This document shows positions 24,176 through 32,585 of a stretch of 64,000 nt of DNA, one piece after another. Both the position numbers and the translations under genes were made by a program. The notes under the pieces are model-generated. The model was given only the letters and a program-made list of their open reading frames with translations, was not told the origin of the DNA and ran no database searches. This DNA is from Candidatus Woesearchaeota archaeon UBA525 (GTDB taxonomy: Archaea > Nanobdellota > Nanobdellia > Woesearchaeales > UBA525). Numbering within the stretch: position 1 is the stretch's first letter; every line of letters starts with the position of its first letter. The DNA is taken from assembly GCA_002498125.1 (NCBI GenBank), contig DAGG01000030.1:3-64002 (forward strand). Reading direction: 5' to 3'.

Positions 24176-27082
24176 GCTCGCACACGAAGGAGTGAACGTC
24201 CGGACCTGATTCGTACCCGACTGGTACGCGTAAACAGTATTCACCCAGCACGTAACCGTGTGCTGTTGGGGCAACGTCGTCGCAGGACACTGGAAACGAC
24301 CAGTATTCGCGTCGTCCCATTGCACCCACGGGCAATCAGCAGTCGCACCACCAGGATACGTAAGTGTCACACCCACATGCCATACTGGCGCAGGAGTATC
24401 ACACGTGACCTGGAACGGCTGCCCGGCCGTCACAGCAGGAACAAGCAGATTGCTCACCTGAATCGGACAACCACGATCGCCATGAGCACCAGTGCCACGA
24501 CCATCATAATCATACTCACTATCAGTCTGATCATCATCGCTGTTCAAGCACGCGTTGTTACCATCAGCGCCATTCTTCGCAGGATCCTCAAGGCACTTAC
24601 CATACGTCACACTCCACGTCGTGCCTGTGGGGCAGGAGCACACACCTTGGCCCTGGCAGGTCTTAAAACCATCAGCCTGGCAGTTTACATCAGTGTAAGG
24701 ATTAGAGCAGCCACTCGATGTGCAGGAAGACCCAGAATACTGGCGGGCCGTTGTCGTGGAGAGGCAGTAGCTCGTCGGGGTATTGCACGTCGTCTCAGTA
24801 TACGACGGAGAGCAAGCACTCTGGCCAGCAGGACAAGTACTACTCGTATAATCACGGAAGACATTACCAATACAAGTATCCGCAGGAGGATTACACGTGA
24901 GATCAGTATACGGATGCGAACAACCGCCTGCCGTGCAAGATGAACCGGTGTAATCGCGTAGTTTACCACCAACACACGTATCTGCCGGCGTGGTGCACGC
25001 GGTGTCAGTGTAAGCGGGGATGCAGGAACCACCACTGCATGACGAGCTTGTATAATCGCGGAAAGTGCTGCCGATGCAGTAATCAGCGGGCGGAGTGCAG
25101 GTCACATCAGTATACGGATGCGAGCAACCACCTGCGGTGCAGGATGAACCGCTATAGTCACGTAAGACACTGCTCGAGAGGCAGGCATCTGCCGGCGTGG
25201 TGCAAGCGGTGTCAGTGTAGTAGTTCGTACAAGAAGTCCCGCCAGCCAGGCAGGTAGCACTCGTGTAATCACGGAACGTACTACCGCTGCAGTAATCAGC
25301 CGGGAGGATGCAAGTGATGTCGGTGTAAGAAGGCACGCACGTATTCTGGCCCGCGGGACACGTCGAACTCGTGTAATCGCGAAGCTTGCCACCAACACAA
25401 GCATCAGCCGGAACGGTGCAAGTGTAGTCAGTGTACTCCGGATTGCAGGAGTCTATCCCCTCATTACACCAGCTGCTCGTGTAATCACGGAACTTCGTGC
25501 TCACACAGGTGTCTGCAGGGACACTGCAGTAGAGATCATCGCTAGTGCAGTAAGAAGTGGTCTGCCCAGGATTCACGCACTGTTCGTTCGTGGTGCAGTA
25601 GAGAGTGTCAGCACAGTCGGAGTTACTGTTGCACACAACACAATTCCCAGTGCCTGTGTTGCAGACCTGGCCGCCACCGCACTGTGAGCTGCTCGTGCAG
25701 CCAGGGCAGTCAGCGGGGCAGTTGGTCCTGGTCTCGCCAGGATTGCAGACACCATTACCACATTCCCAGCACTTATTGTCACCGCCTTCGGAGGCCCTGC
25801 GGAGGGTCACTCCTGCCTCACAGTGCAGGGCGTAATCGTTGTTACCGGTCGTATAACGGCCACCATAACCGTCAGCATAATAGGGAAACCCCGGGTCAGT
25901 GATCATGATATTGCATGCGATATCTGTGTTGGGAGGAATATTTTCAGGGCGGGGAAAAGGAGCCATGCCATCAGCACCGCAACTATTGTAGTTGCAACCG
26001 TGCCAACACCTCCCGTCATCGCAGGTGAGCCAGTACGCTGTAGGATTGCCACTCGTGTCCCATGCACGCGCATGGCAAGTGCCTCCTGCGAGTTGTGGAT
26101 AGCTCCAGGTACCGGGGCCGCTCAAGATTTTGCACTCATAAGGGGGAGTGATTGGGATGCCACCACCTATTTCGCGGCATATCTCCCCCGCGCCTGAGGA
26201 ACAGATATTACCGCAGCCTCCGCAATTGTAATCATTATTCTGCGCGACAGGGTTGCCGCCGCAACATATCTCATTGCCACCTATATTGTAATTGTTGCTC
26301 CGCGGAGTCCAGGACGTTGTGGACGTGGAGCTGTCGCACAGTTGGCAATCATTGTATGGGTTCGGGGCGCCGTCAGAGTAGCACTGTCCTCCGATAGTGC
26401 AGGTACCTGCACCGCCGCAAACGCAGGAACCGCTCTGGCAGATTGTCCCGGTGCCGCAAGAAGCGCCGTTCGCGACACAGGTGCCACCGACCATGCAACC
26501 GCTGCAGACGCAGGAACCGCTCTGACAAGTCATCCCGCTGCCGCAAGAAGCGCCGTTCGCGACACAGGTGCCGCCGACATTGCAGCTTCCGGAGGTGCAG
26601 CACAATCCTGTTCCTGCGCAGCTCGGGGGGTTGGGCGGTGTTGTTCCGCCGACATTGACGTAACCCGACTTGCACCCGCCACTGCAAGTGATACCGTTGT
26701 ACGTGTAGGAGCTACTCGGCGGCTGGTTATAGCTTCCGCACGAGTCGCCATTCCCCCAGCAGACGTCGCAGACATCCGGAGAACCGAAGGTGCAAGTACC
26801 GTCACAGGATAGCTGGCCCTGACCTCCGCAAGGAACGCATGGATATCTTGTCTGATAGCCGCAGCCCAGAGCAGTACAGCAGCTCAAGGCGTTCGCCGTG
26901 TCGCATCTTGTGCCTGCCGGGCAACTGCTACAGGCGAGAACTGCAGCGCCGCAAGCGGGATCATTGTCAACAGAATCACATACGGGCGGATCGCAAGCCG
27001 CCTCAGAAGATTGCATCGATATCAGGAAGAGAAGAGTGATGACTAGCGGACTGATGACCGGCGCCCACCCATATCTCCCCAT
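22805..27082 (-). CDS. Giant secreted cysteine-rich modular protein, paralog 1 (1425 aa)
   Basis: Signal peptide MGRYGWAPVISPLVITLLFLISMQSSEAA. Cys-knot-like modules, 8 tandem 34-36-aa units, Asp/Gly acidic loops and a carboxypeptidase-regulatory-like domain. No TM anchor. CTTTTTAAATATC about 25 nt upstream. Confidence 0.85.
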   Translation of the reverse strand: MGRYGWAPVISPLVITLLFLISMQSSEAACDPPVCDSVDNDPACGAAVLACSSCPAGTRCDTANALSCCTALGCGYQTRYPCVPCGGQGQLSCDGTCTFGSPDVCDVCWGNGDSCGSYNQPPSSSYTYNGITCSGGCKSGYVNVGGTTPPNPPSCAGTGLCCTSGSCNVGGTCVANGASCGSGMTCQSGSCVCSGCMVGGTCVANGASCGTGTICQSGSCVCGGAGTCTIGGQCYSDGAPNPYNDCQLCDSSTSTTSWTPRSNNYNIGGNEICCGGNPVAQNNDYNCGGCGNICSSGAGEICREIGGGIPITPPYECKILSGPGTWSYPQLAGGTCHARAWDTSGNPTAYWLTCDDGRCWHGCNYNSCGADGMAPFPRPENIPPNTDIACNIMITDPGFPYYADGYGGRYTTGNNDYALHCEAGVTLRRASEGGDNKCWECGNGVCNPGETRTNCPADCPGCTSSSQCGGGQVCNTGTGNCVVCNSNSDCADTLYCTTNEQCVNPGQTTSYCTSDDLYCSVPADTCVSTKFRDYTSSWCNEGIDSCNPEYTDYTCTVPADACVGGKLRDYTSSTCPAGQNTCVPSYTDITCILPADYCSGSTFRDYTSATCLAGGTSCTNYYTDTACTTPADACLSSSVLRDYSGSSCTAGGCSHPYTDVTCTPPADYCIGSTFRDYTSSSCSGGSCIPAYTDTACTTPADTCVGGKLRDYTGSSCTAGGCSHPYTDLTCNPPADTCIGNVFRDYTSSTCPAGQSACSPSYTETTCNTPTSYCLSTTTARQYSGSSCTSSGCSNPYTDVNCQADGFKTCQGQGVCSCPTGTTWSVTYGKCLEDPAKNGADGNNACLNSDDDQTDSEYDYDGRGTGAHGDRGCPIQVSNLLVPAVTAGQPFQVTCDTPAPVWHVGVTLTYPGGATADCPWVQWDDANTGRFQCPATTLPQQHTVTCWVNTVYAYQSGTNQVRTFTPSCASPEVPCSGVCKFMTGQSCDSSPLNKFCMENEVWQNACGTICGGGTPLVCPTIVDSCWDATSLNQTSAGTCNEATDRCDYTSSRIACTANRVCVDPGAAPATCECPLGTTINAVTGYCDETSCMDNLDNDGNGEADYDGGTTAMRGDVNCKVGISNAEASGRFACAGPQGTVQGNCTYTAGSFPGPLKSANATLSKGGVKNLCTITGWSGLKAFFNCPTAGMTEGDATFTCIVNQTKSYNSTPDLAASAVYVLGERDACTGGYCEDGGTGKCLNTSTTIAWEGRVIDENTRVMLPVASVRIDTESYRTVTTIFNFTITPGYHNLTGNATGYDAKYDSQVGFFSTQTYRNITLRPAECKSDCSIGGFCDYNQCAGVSGCTLPSNSNISQVCQFARNGSMQTLNDTHSTLCCTGPIRSVSELKAPATMVGCSDNIASLGTIMGQDGKVMTVQVIVTRPCE
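24680..25530 (-). repeat. Eight in-frame tandem units (102-108 bp, 34-36 aa, 4 Cys each) inside paralog 1
   Basis: Units follow C-x-x-P-A-D-x-C-x(4-5)-[FL]RDY[TS]-x-S-x-C-x(4-6)-C-x-x-x-YT[DE]-x-x. Examples are CTVPADACVGGKLRDYTSSTCPAGQNTCVPSYTDIT and CILPADYCSGSTFRDYTSATCLAGGTSCTNYYTDTA. They are visible on the plus strand as recurring GTRTAATCRCG. Confidence 0.85.
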
Positions 27083-27132
27083 ATACCTGTCAGCACCAAT
27101 GATATTTAAAAAGCTTCCGAGAACAGAATACT

Positions 27133-27145
27133 GAAACCTTTATAC
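27133..27145 (+). promoter_or_regulatory. Orphan GAAACCTTTATAC promoter-like motif between the two giant genes
   Basis: Same 12-13-mer as the promoters of both tRNA-Thr genes, smc and valS. No recognisable gene lies downstream on the plus strand. Confidence 0.25.
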
Positions 27146-27327
27146 TTCCGGGCTCCAGGAAGGAACACTGGGATTCGGCTTCCCGAGAGCCATACCCCGG
27201 CGCTCGGCGGTGATTTCGCAGTGTCTCCTGCAGTGATAGGGTTCATCGCTGCGCTCGTCAGCCACTCCTCGCGGGCATTCTCATCATTGTTTTCAAAATG
27301 TTCTCGGGGGAGAATCGTACGTAGCAC

Positions 27328-30300
27328 TCACTTGCAGGGTGCAGTCACGACTACCTGCACAGTCATCACTTTGCCGTCTTGACCCATGATTGTGCCCAAA
27401 GACGCGATGTTATCGCTGCAGCCCACCATTGTCGCTGGAGCCTTCAGCTCGCTCACTGAGCGAACTGGACCGGTGCAGCAGACAGCACTATGCGTATCAT
27501 TAATCGTCTGCATCGAACCATTGCGCGCGAACTGACAGACCGGCAAGATGTTCCCATCAGAAGGCAACGTGCAACCGTTCACGCCAGCGCACTGGTTGTA
27601 ATCACAGAACCCGCCAATGCTGCAATCACTCTTACACTCAGCAATACGTAATGTGATATTATAGTAGGTCTTGTTTGAGAAGAATGGCACCTGCGAATCG
27701 TACTTTACATCATACCCGGTAGCATTGCCAGTCAGGTTGTGGTAACCTGTAATCACGTTAATGCTGAATGCTGACGTGACAGTCTGGTATGCACCCTTAT
27801 CTACCCTGACCGAACCGACAGGGATGATTGTACGGGTGTTCTCATCGAGGAGCTGTCCTTCCCACGTGACATTATTGAGGCAGATACCTGTGAGAGGATC
27901 CTCGCAGTATCCGATACTGCATCGGTCGCGCGGGCCTCCCAAGTACACTGCTGACGCCGAGAGATCCGGCGTGCTGTTGTAGGAGTTTGTCTGGTTCACG
28001 ATGCACGTGAAGGTCGCATCGCCCTTGCTCATGCCTGCAGTGGGGCACCTGAACAATGCCGTAAGGCCAGACCAGCCAGCGATCGTGCAAGAGTTCTTCA
28101 CGCTGCCTTTAGCTAGAGTGGCGTTCGCACTCTTGAGCGGCCCAGGGAAGCTGCCTGCAGCGTAGGTGCAGTTGCCCTGGACAACTCCAGCAGGACCTGC
28201 GCAGCCGTCCGTGGCTCGTGCCTCGCTAATCCCGACTTTACAGTTCACATCGCCGCGCATCGCGGTCGTGCCACCATCATAATCCGCCTGGCCGTTACCA
28301 TCATTGTCGAGGTTATCCATGCAGGACGTCTCATCGCAATAGCCAGTAGCAAGATTGATGGTCGTGCCACTCGGGCACTCGCACGTCGCGGCACTAAGAC
28401 CGGGTTGCTCACAGACCTTATTCATCGGGCAAGCCACGCGGCTTGACGTGTAATCGCAACGGTCAGCAACCTCATTGCACGTACCAACAGAAGTACGATT
28501 CAAACCAGTAGCATCCCAGCAGGAGTCGACAATTGGAGGACAAGTGTACGCATTGCCACCACCACAAGTAGTACCGCACTCATCCTGCCAAACCTCATTA
28601 ACCATGCAGAACAAATCATCGCAAGGAAGACCGGTCTGTGGCTCTTTGCAGACACCGCTGCAAGAACTGTTCGGAGGGGCGCATGAAGGAGTGAACCCGC
28701 GGGTCTGTTCGCCCTGGCCCGTGAGGTTATAGGATCTGGCATAGTTGACATAGCACCGCGCAGTATAATCCTGCGGGAACGCAGGCGCGGGGCAGTTGAA
28801 CGACATGGTGTTACCAGACCACGTAGTATCGGCGCAAGTGTACTTCGTGCCAGGCGCCGAATTGAGATAGTACTCAGCACCGATGCTCCTGAGATTCCCT
28901 ACGTTCGTCGTGCAGGAGAGCGGGAATCCAGCCCCAACAGTCGGTGCAGGAGTGCTCATGGACGCGATGCCGACCTTGCACTGGAAGTCGCCGTGTGTTG
29001 TCCCACTGTTACCATCGTAATCCTTCTCATCCTCTGTTCCATCGAAGAGATTATCGTCATTGATCGTGTTGGCGCAGTAGCTCGGATGCTCAACGCAGCG
29101 GCTGACACCTAGCCTATCCACGCCGGCAGTGGTGTTTGTAGGACAGCTCGGCGTGAAAGTCGTTGACTGATCAGTTCCTGCTTTGTAGGATTTTGCTGTA
29201 TCGACGAAGCAGGTCGCAGTATAGAGCTGAGTGTACGTGGGCGCGGTACAGTCGAATGTGATGGTGTTACCGACCCAGCTCGCTCGCGGCTCACAAGATA
29301 CTGTGCTCGGACCAGTGACGCTCACCCCGATGCTTCGAACGCCAGCAGGACTGGCGGTGCAAGTGACTGTGAATGCATCTCCTGCTCTCGGCGGCGAAGG
29401 AGAGACGCTGATGGCAGTGACTGCGACCGGACATCCGGCATCGCCCTTGACCGTCCCAGAACCGGCATAGTCGTACTCGCCGTCGCCTTGGTCATCGAGA
29501 CCACCAGTGCAAGCGTTCAGGCCATTTGTACCAGTCTTCGCGGGGTCTTCCAAACACCTACTGTACGTCGCACTCCACGTCGTACCGGTAGGACACGCGC
29601 AGGATGCGCTAGTAGGTCCAGCAGAGCCGTCGGGATCAGAGCACACCTGGTAGCCGGTGCAGGAGATGATGTTGTACGCGCAGGTGCTTGATGCTGTGCA
29701 GGTCGATGTATAGTCCTTCACGGCCGTGCTGTTATGGCAGATGCTCGGCTTCGTGCTGCAATCGCCGCAAGTGTAGGTGCCGTCGCAGCCGTCGCTCACA
29801 GTGCCGCACTCCTTCGTGCCGCACGCCTCTGACTGAGTCTTCAGGTCAGGGCAGCTCGGGTCTGTGACGCAGGATCCTCCCAGGCAGGTATAGCCTGCTG
29901 AGCACTGCAGGCCTGTGCCACAGCTCACATCAGTGCAGTGTGAAAATGGACTGGAGCTGAAGTACTCGACACCACAAGCCTTGGTCGCTGCAGAATCGCA
30001 GAGGCAAGTCTTCGGCTTGCAGAGGACCCGGATGCTATCGCATATCATGCCATAGGAAGTTCCGCCTGTGGCATTGAGGTAGTTCCTCCTTGACCCTGAT
30101 ATCTCAGGGAACCTCGAAGTATTGTCCGGTGATCCGCAGCAGACATCGTCGGCGTATATCTCCTGCTTAACGCTTGGATGCATGTTCCAGTTCATGCAAC
30201 CATAGCTTGGGCCGCCACCCGTCTCCTGGCCTGAGTATTTAGAGACGTTCAATGTGTCGTCATAAGGTTGATGCATGCTAGGATAGTAGGTGCAACTGAT

Positions 30301-31647
30301 ATCAGGAACGTTCACGAAAGCGGGGCTGCCGGTGGATGTCGTGGTGAAGTTAATCTGCTTGATGGTACTGACACAAGGGTCCTGGTCCTGGAGACCGCAG
30401 TTACGTATGCAGACGCCCCCGACATTATCATAATGAGGGGGGCAGCTTGAACTGGACGTGCAGATAGGAACAGACATGGGGCTTACACAGCTGAACCCTT
30501 CATAATAAGGAGGCGTGGTCCGCGTCACGTCAGAAGCGCTGCCAGTATCCACCTGACAGAGCTTGCCCTGCGCAGTCTCACTGCCGATTGTGCGGAATCC
30601 AGGTAGGCAATTGAGATTGTTCGTGCCGGTCTTTATGCCTTGGCACTCATTGAGTCTAGGATCTGTATCACCCCATGCGCAACGATGACCACCCGAAATC
30701 TCCGGCCACATATCCGCTCCACCGCAAGTATAACGACAGTTTCCACTTGAGCAGGTGTTGGCGCTCTCACACGCTGTTCCGCAGATATTGCCGCAGGAAC
30801 CGCAGTTGAAGACGTCACTGCTCAAGTCCTTGAAATCAGTGCCGCAGCAGGTCTTGCCGTAGTCTGTGGAGCCGAACGGCGCGGTGCTGCCGCTACTCAC
30901 ACACAACCAGTTCCCATCCTTGACTGTGTTGCAGCCGGTGCAGGGACAAGCGGGCTGTCCTAGACTCTGCTTGCCACAAGTAGTCCAGCGAGAGTCGGAT
31001 CCACAGACATAGGTTTGTGTGCCTACTGTTTCAGTCTCGCCAGTTACGTCGCATTGACGGAAGATGCCGTCGTCACAGAGGAAGCTGTTAGACCAGCTGC
31101 TTCCGGGTGCGGTACATCCATCCCTCGATACGCAATAACTTGAACTCGGGCAGCAACCGGCGTAGTAGTTGCCTGAGCCGCCGAAATTCAAGGGTTGACT
31201 ACTCTCTAGCTTTGTCCATACCTGAGTGCTGCCGCCGGAACAGCCAGAGCAGGTCATGGAAGGAGTCAGGTCGGGACCGTAGTAGGAGCACTGGCAGAGG
31301 CTGCTCTGGCACACCGACGATTGAGCAGGGTCGGCATCGCAATCGTACCCACAGGAACCGCAGTTATCGGGATTATTGCGCGTGTCTGTTAAGACATTGT
31401 TACACTCGCACTGTGATCTCGTCTTGTCGCCCACGCCCTCTACGCAGCATGTGTACGTATCACAAGTACCGCCGGCGCAGTTGCTGGTACAAGTCGCCGC
31501 AGAGATATAGACACCAGTACCTACGCCTATGTCAGGGCAGAGATTGGCAGGATCGGTGCATTCTCCTGGTGCGGCAGTCACTGATCCCGGAAGCGCGAGA
31601 GCTAACGCCAGTAGAAGAAAACATAGCGCTAAACGTACCCCACCCAT
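27328..31647 (-). CDS. Giant secreted cysteine-rich modular protein, paralog 2 (1439 aa)
   Basis: Signal peptide MGGVRLALCFLLLALALALPGSVTAAP. NCGSCGxxC motifs, three acidic-loop plus beta modules ending in TFTPSC, and a conserved C-terminal third shared with paralog 1. Confidence 0.85.
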   Translation of the reverse strand: MGGVRLALCFLLLALALALPGSVTAAPGECTDPANLCPDIGVGTGVYISAATCTSNCAGGTCDTYTCCVEGVGDKTRSQCECNNVLTDTRNNPDNCGSCGYDCDADPAQSSVCQSSLCQCSYYGPDLTPSMTCSGCSGGSTQVWTKLESSQPLNFGGSGNYYAGCCPSSSYCVSRDGCTAPGSSWSNSFLCDDGIFRQCDVTGETETVGTQTYVCGSDSRWTTCGKQSLGQPACPCTGCNTVKDGNWLCVSSGSTAPFGSTDYGKTCCGTDFKDLSSDVFNCGSCGNICGTACESANTCSSGNCRYTCGGADMWPEISGGHRCAWGDTDPRLNECQGIKTGTNNLNCLPGFRTIGSETAQGKLCQVDTGSASDVTRTTPPYYEGFSCVSPMSVPICTSSSSCPPHYDNVGGVCIRNCGLQDQDPCVSTIKQINFTTTSTGSPAFVNVPDISCTYYPSMHQPYDDTLNVSKYSGQETGGGPSYGCMNWNMHPSVKQEIYADDVCCGSPDNTSRFPEISGSRRNYLNATGGTSYGMICDSIRVLCKPKTCLCDSAATKACGVEYFSSSPFSHCTDVSCGTGLQCSAGYTCLGGSCVTDPSCPDLKTQSEACGTKECGTVSDGCDGTYTCGDCSTKPSICHNSTAVKDYTSTCTASSTCAYNIISCTGYQVCSDPDGSAGPTSASCACPTGTTWSATYSRCLEDPAKTGTNGLNACTGGLDDQGDGEYDYAGSGTVKGDAGCPVAVTAISVSPSPPRAGDAFTVTCTASPAGVRSIGVSVTGPSTVSCEPRASWVGNTITFDCTAPTYTQLYTATCFVDTAKSYKAGTDQSTTFTPSCPTNTTAGVDRLGVSRCVEHPSYCANTINDDNLFDGTEDEKDYDGNSGTTHGDFQCKVGIASMSTPAPTVGAGFPLSCTTNVGNLRSIGAEYYLNSAPGTKYTCADTTWSGNTMSFNCPAPAFPQDYTARCYVNYARSYNLTGQGEQTRGFTPSCAPPNSSCSGVCKEPQTGLPCDDLFCMVNEVWQDECGTTCGGGNAYTCPPIVDSCWDATGLNRTSVGTCNEVADRCDYTSSRVACPMNKVCEQPGLSAATCECPSGTTINLATGYCDETSCMDNLDNDGNGQADYDGGTTAMRGDVNCKVGISEARATDGCAGPAGVVQGNCTYAAGSFPGPLKSANATLAKGSVKNSCTIAGWSGLTALFRCPTAGMSKGDATFTCIVNQTNSYNSTPDLSASAVYLGGPRDRCSIGYCEDPLTGICLNNVTWEGQLLDENTRTIIPVGSVRVDKGAYQTVTSAFSINVITGYHNLTGNATGYDVKYDSQVPFFSNKTYYNITLRIAECKSDCSIGGFCDYNQCAGVNGCTLPSDGNILPVCQFARNGSMQTINDTHSAVCCTGPVRSVSELKAPATMVGCSDNIASLGTIMGQDGKVMTVQVVVTAPCK

Positions 31648-31720
31648 ATCTATGCGCCAGAGAAGTTTATTTAAATAGTTTCTGAACAGAAGTCACATGC
31701 AGAATTTGTAGCTCCTCACT

Positions 31721-31734
31721 GAAACCTTTATAAG
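31721..31734 (+). promoter_or_regulatory. BRE/TATA promoter of tRNA-Thr(UGU)
   Basis: GAAACCTTTATAAG ends 25 nt upstream of the tRNA 5' end. Confidence 0.5.
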
Positions 31735-31758
31735 TCCCCGACGGTTCCAGAATACCAC

Positions 31759-31830
31759 GCCTCCGTAGCATAGCAGTGGTGCGTCTGACTTGTAATCAGA
31801 AGGTCGGGAGTGCAACTCTCCCCGGGGGCT
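31759..31830 (+). tRNA. tRNA-Thr(UGU), no intron, non-canonical T and D loops
   Basis: Acceptor GCCTCCG/CGGGGGC with one G-U. D stem GCAT/GTGC. Anticodon arm TCTGA-CTTGTAA-TCAGA. T arm GGGAG-TGCAACT-CTCCC. Discriminator T. Confidence 0.65.
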
Positions 31831-31831
31831 C

Positions 31832-32569
31832 TTGGAGACCATCATCATCGCGCTTGCAGTGCTCGCGACAGCAGCCGGCGGCATGCTGGCCTTGCGGTTC
31901 ACGAAGTACATGCACCACTTCAACGCCTTCGCCGCAGGCATACTGCTCGGGGCGGCCTTCTTCGAAATAATCCCTGAGGCAGTGGAACTCGGCGACGCGC
32001 ACACAGTCTCCGGAGCGGTCATCGTGGGTTTCCTGGCATTCTACGCGATGCAGCGCTTCACCATCATCCATAGCTGCCATGGCGAGCATGATCGCCACGC
32101 CCACGACCATGAGTGCAGCGGCACAGGCCACACCCATAATATCGGTATCATCGGAGCGGCAGGACTCGCGGCGCACCGATTCCTGGACGGCGCAGCGATA
32201 GGGTTCGGTTTCGCAGTCAACCCGCTCCTCGGCCTCGCCATTGGCATAGCGGTCATCGCCCACGGCTTTGGCGACGGCGTCAGCACCGTAGCCATCATGC
32301 TGCGGCACAAGAACAGCAAGAACAGGACCATGACCCTACTCGCCGTCAGCGCAGTCGCTCCACTCGTCGGCGCCCTCCTGACACTGAACATGTCCATCTC
32401 GCAGTCGCTCCTAGGCATGCTTCTCGGGTTCTTCGCAGGTGTGTTCATCTACCTGAGCACGTCAGATCTCCTGCCAGAAGCGCACCACAGCACGCACAGG
32501 TATAGCGTCTTCTTCACGACAATAGCTGGCGCGGCATTGATATTCATCGTGAGCAAGCTCATCCATTAA
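31832..32569 (+). CDS. zupT: ZIP-family divalent metal (zinc) transporter
   Basis: HRFLDGAAIGFGF and HGFGDGVSTVAIM motifs, a His-rich loop (HSCHGEHDRHAHDHECSGTGHTH) and 7-8 TM helices. The apparent TTG start lies 2 nt after the tRNA 3' end. The first ATG (31883) would remove TM1. Confidence 0.8.
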   Translation: METIIIALAVLATAAGGMLALRFTKYMHHFNAFAAGILLGAAFFEIIPEAVELGDAHTVSGAVIVGFLAFYAMQRFTIIHSCHGEHDRHAHDHECSGTGHTHNIGIIGAAGLAAHRFLDGAAIGFGFAVNPLLGLAIGIAVIAHGFGDGVSTVAIMLRHKNSKNRTMTLLAVSAVAPLVGALLTLNMSISQSLLGMLLGFFAGVFIYLSTSDLLPEAHHSTHRYSVFFTTIAGAALIFIVSKLIH

Positions 32570-32585
32570 GTTTTTCTAGGGGAAG

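Noticed and set aside
24680-25530. A regular ~105-bp periodicity that could be mistaken for a CRISPR-like or satellite array.
   Set aside because: The repeats are in frame within a long ORF, vary in length by whole codons, and have no spacer/repeat alternation or leader. They are a coding tandem repeat.
27106-27327. 73-aa minus-strand ORF in the spacer between the giant genes.
   Set aside because: It has no promoter or SD context and an odd composition. It overlaps the promoter region of paralog 1. It is probably non-coding spacer.
22805-31647. Possible diversity-generating retroelement target, because of the constant/variable structure of the giant paralogs.
   Set aside because: No reverse transcriptase, no template repeat and no adenine-specific mismatch pattern is visible in the window. 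The near-identical segment is at the conserved 3' end, not in a variable C-terminal lectin fold.
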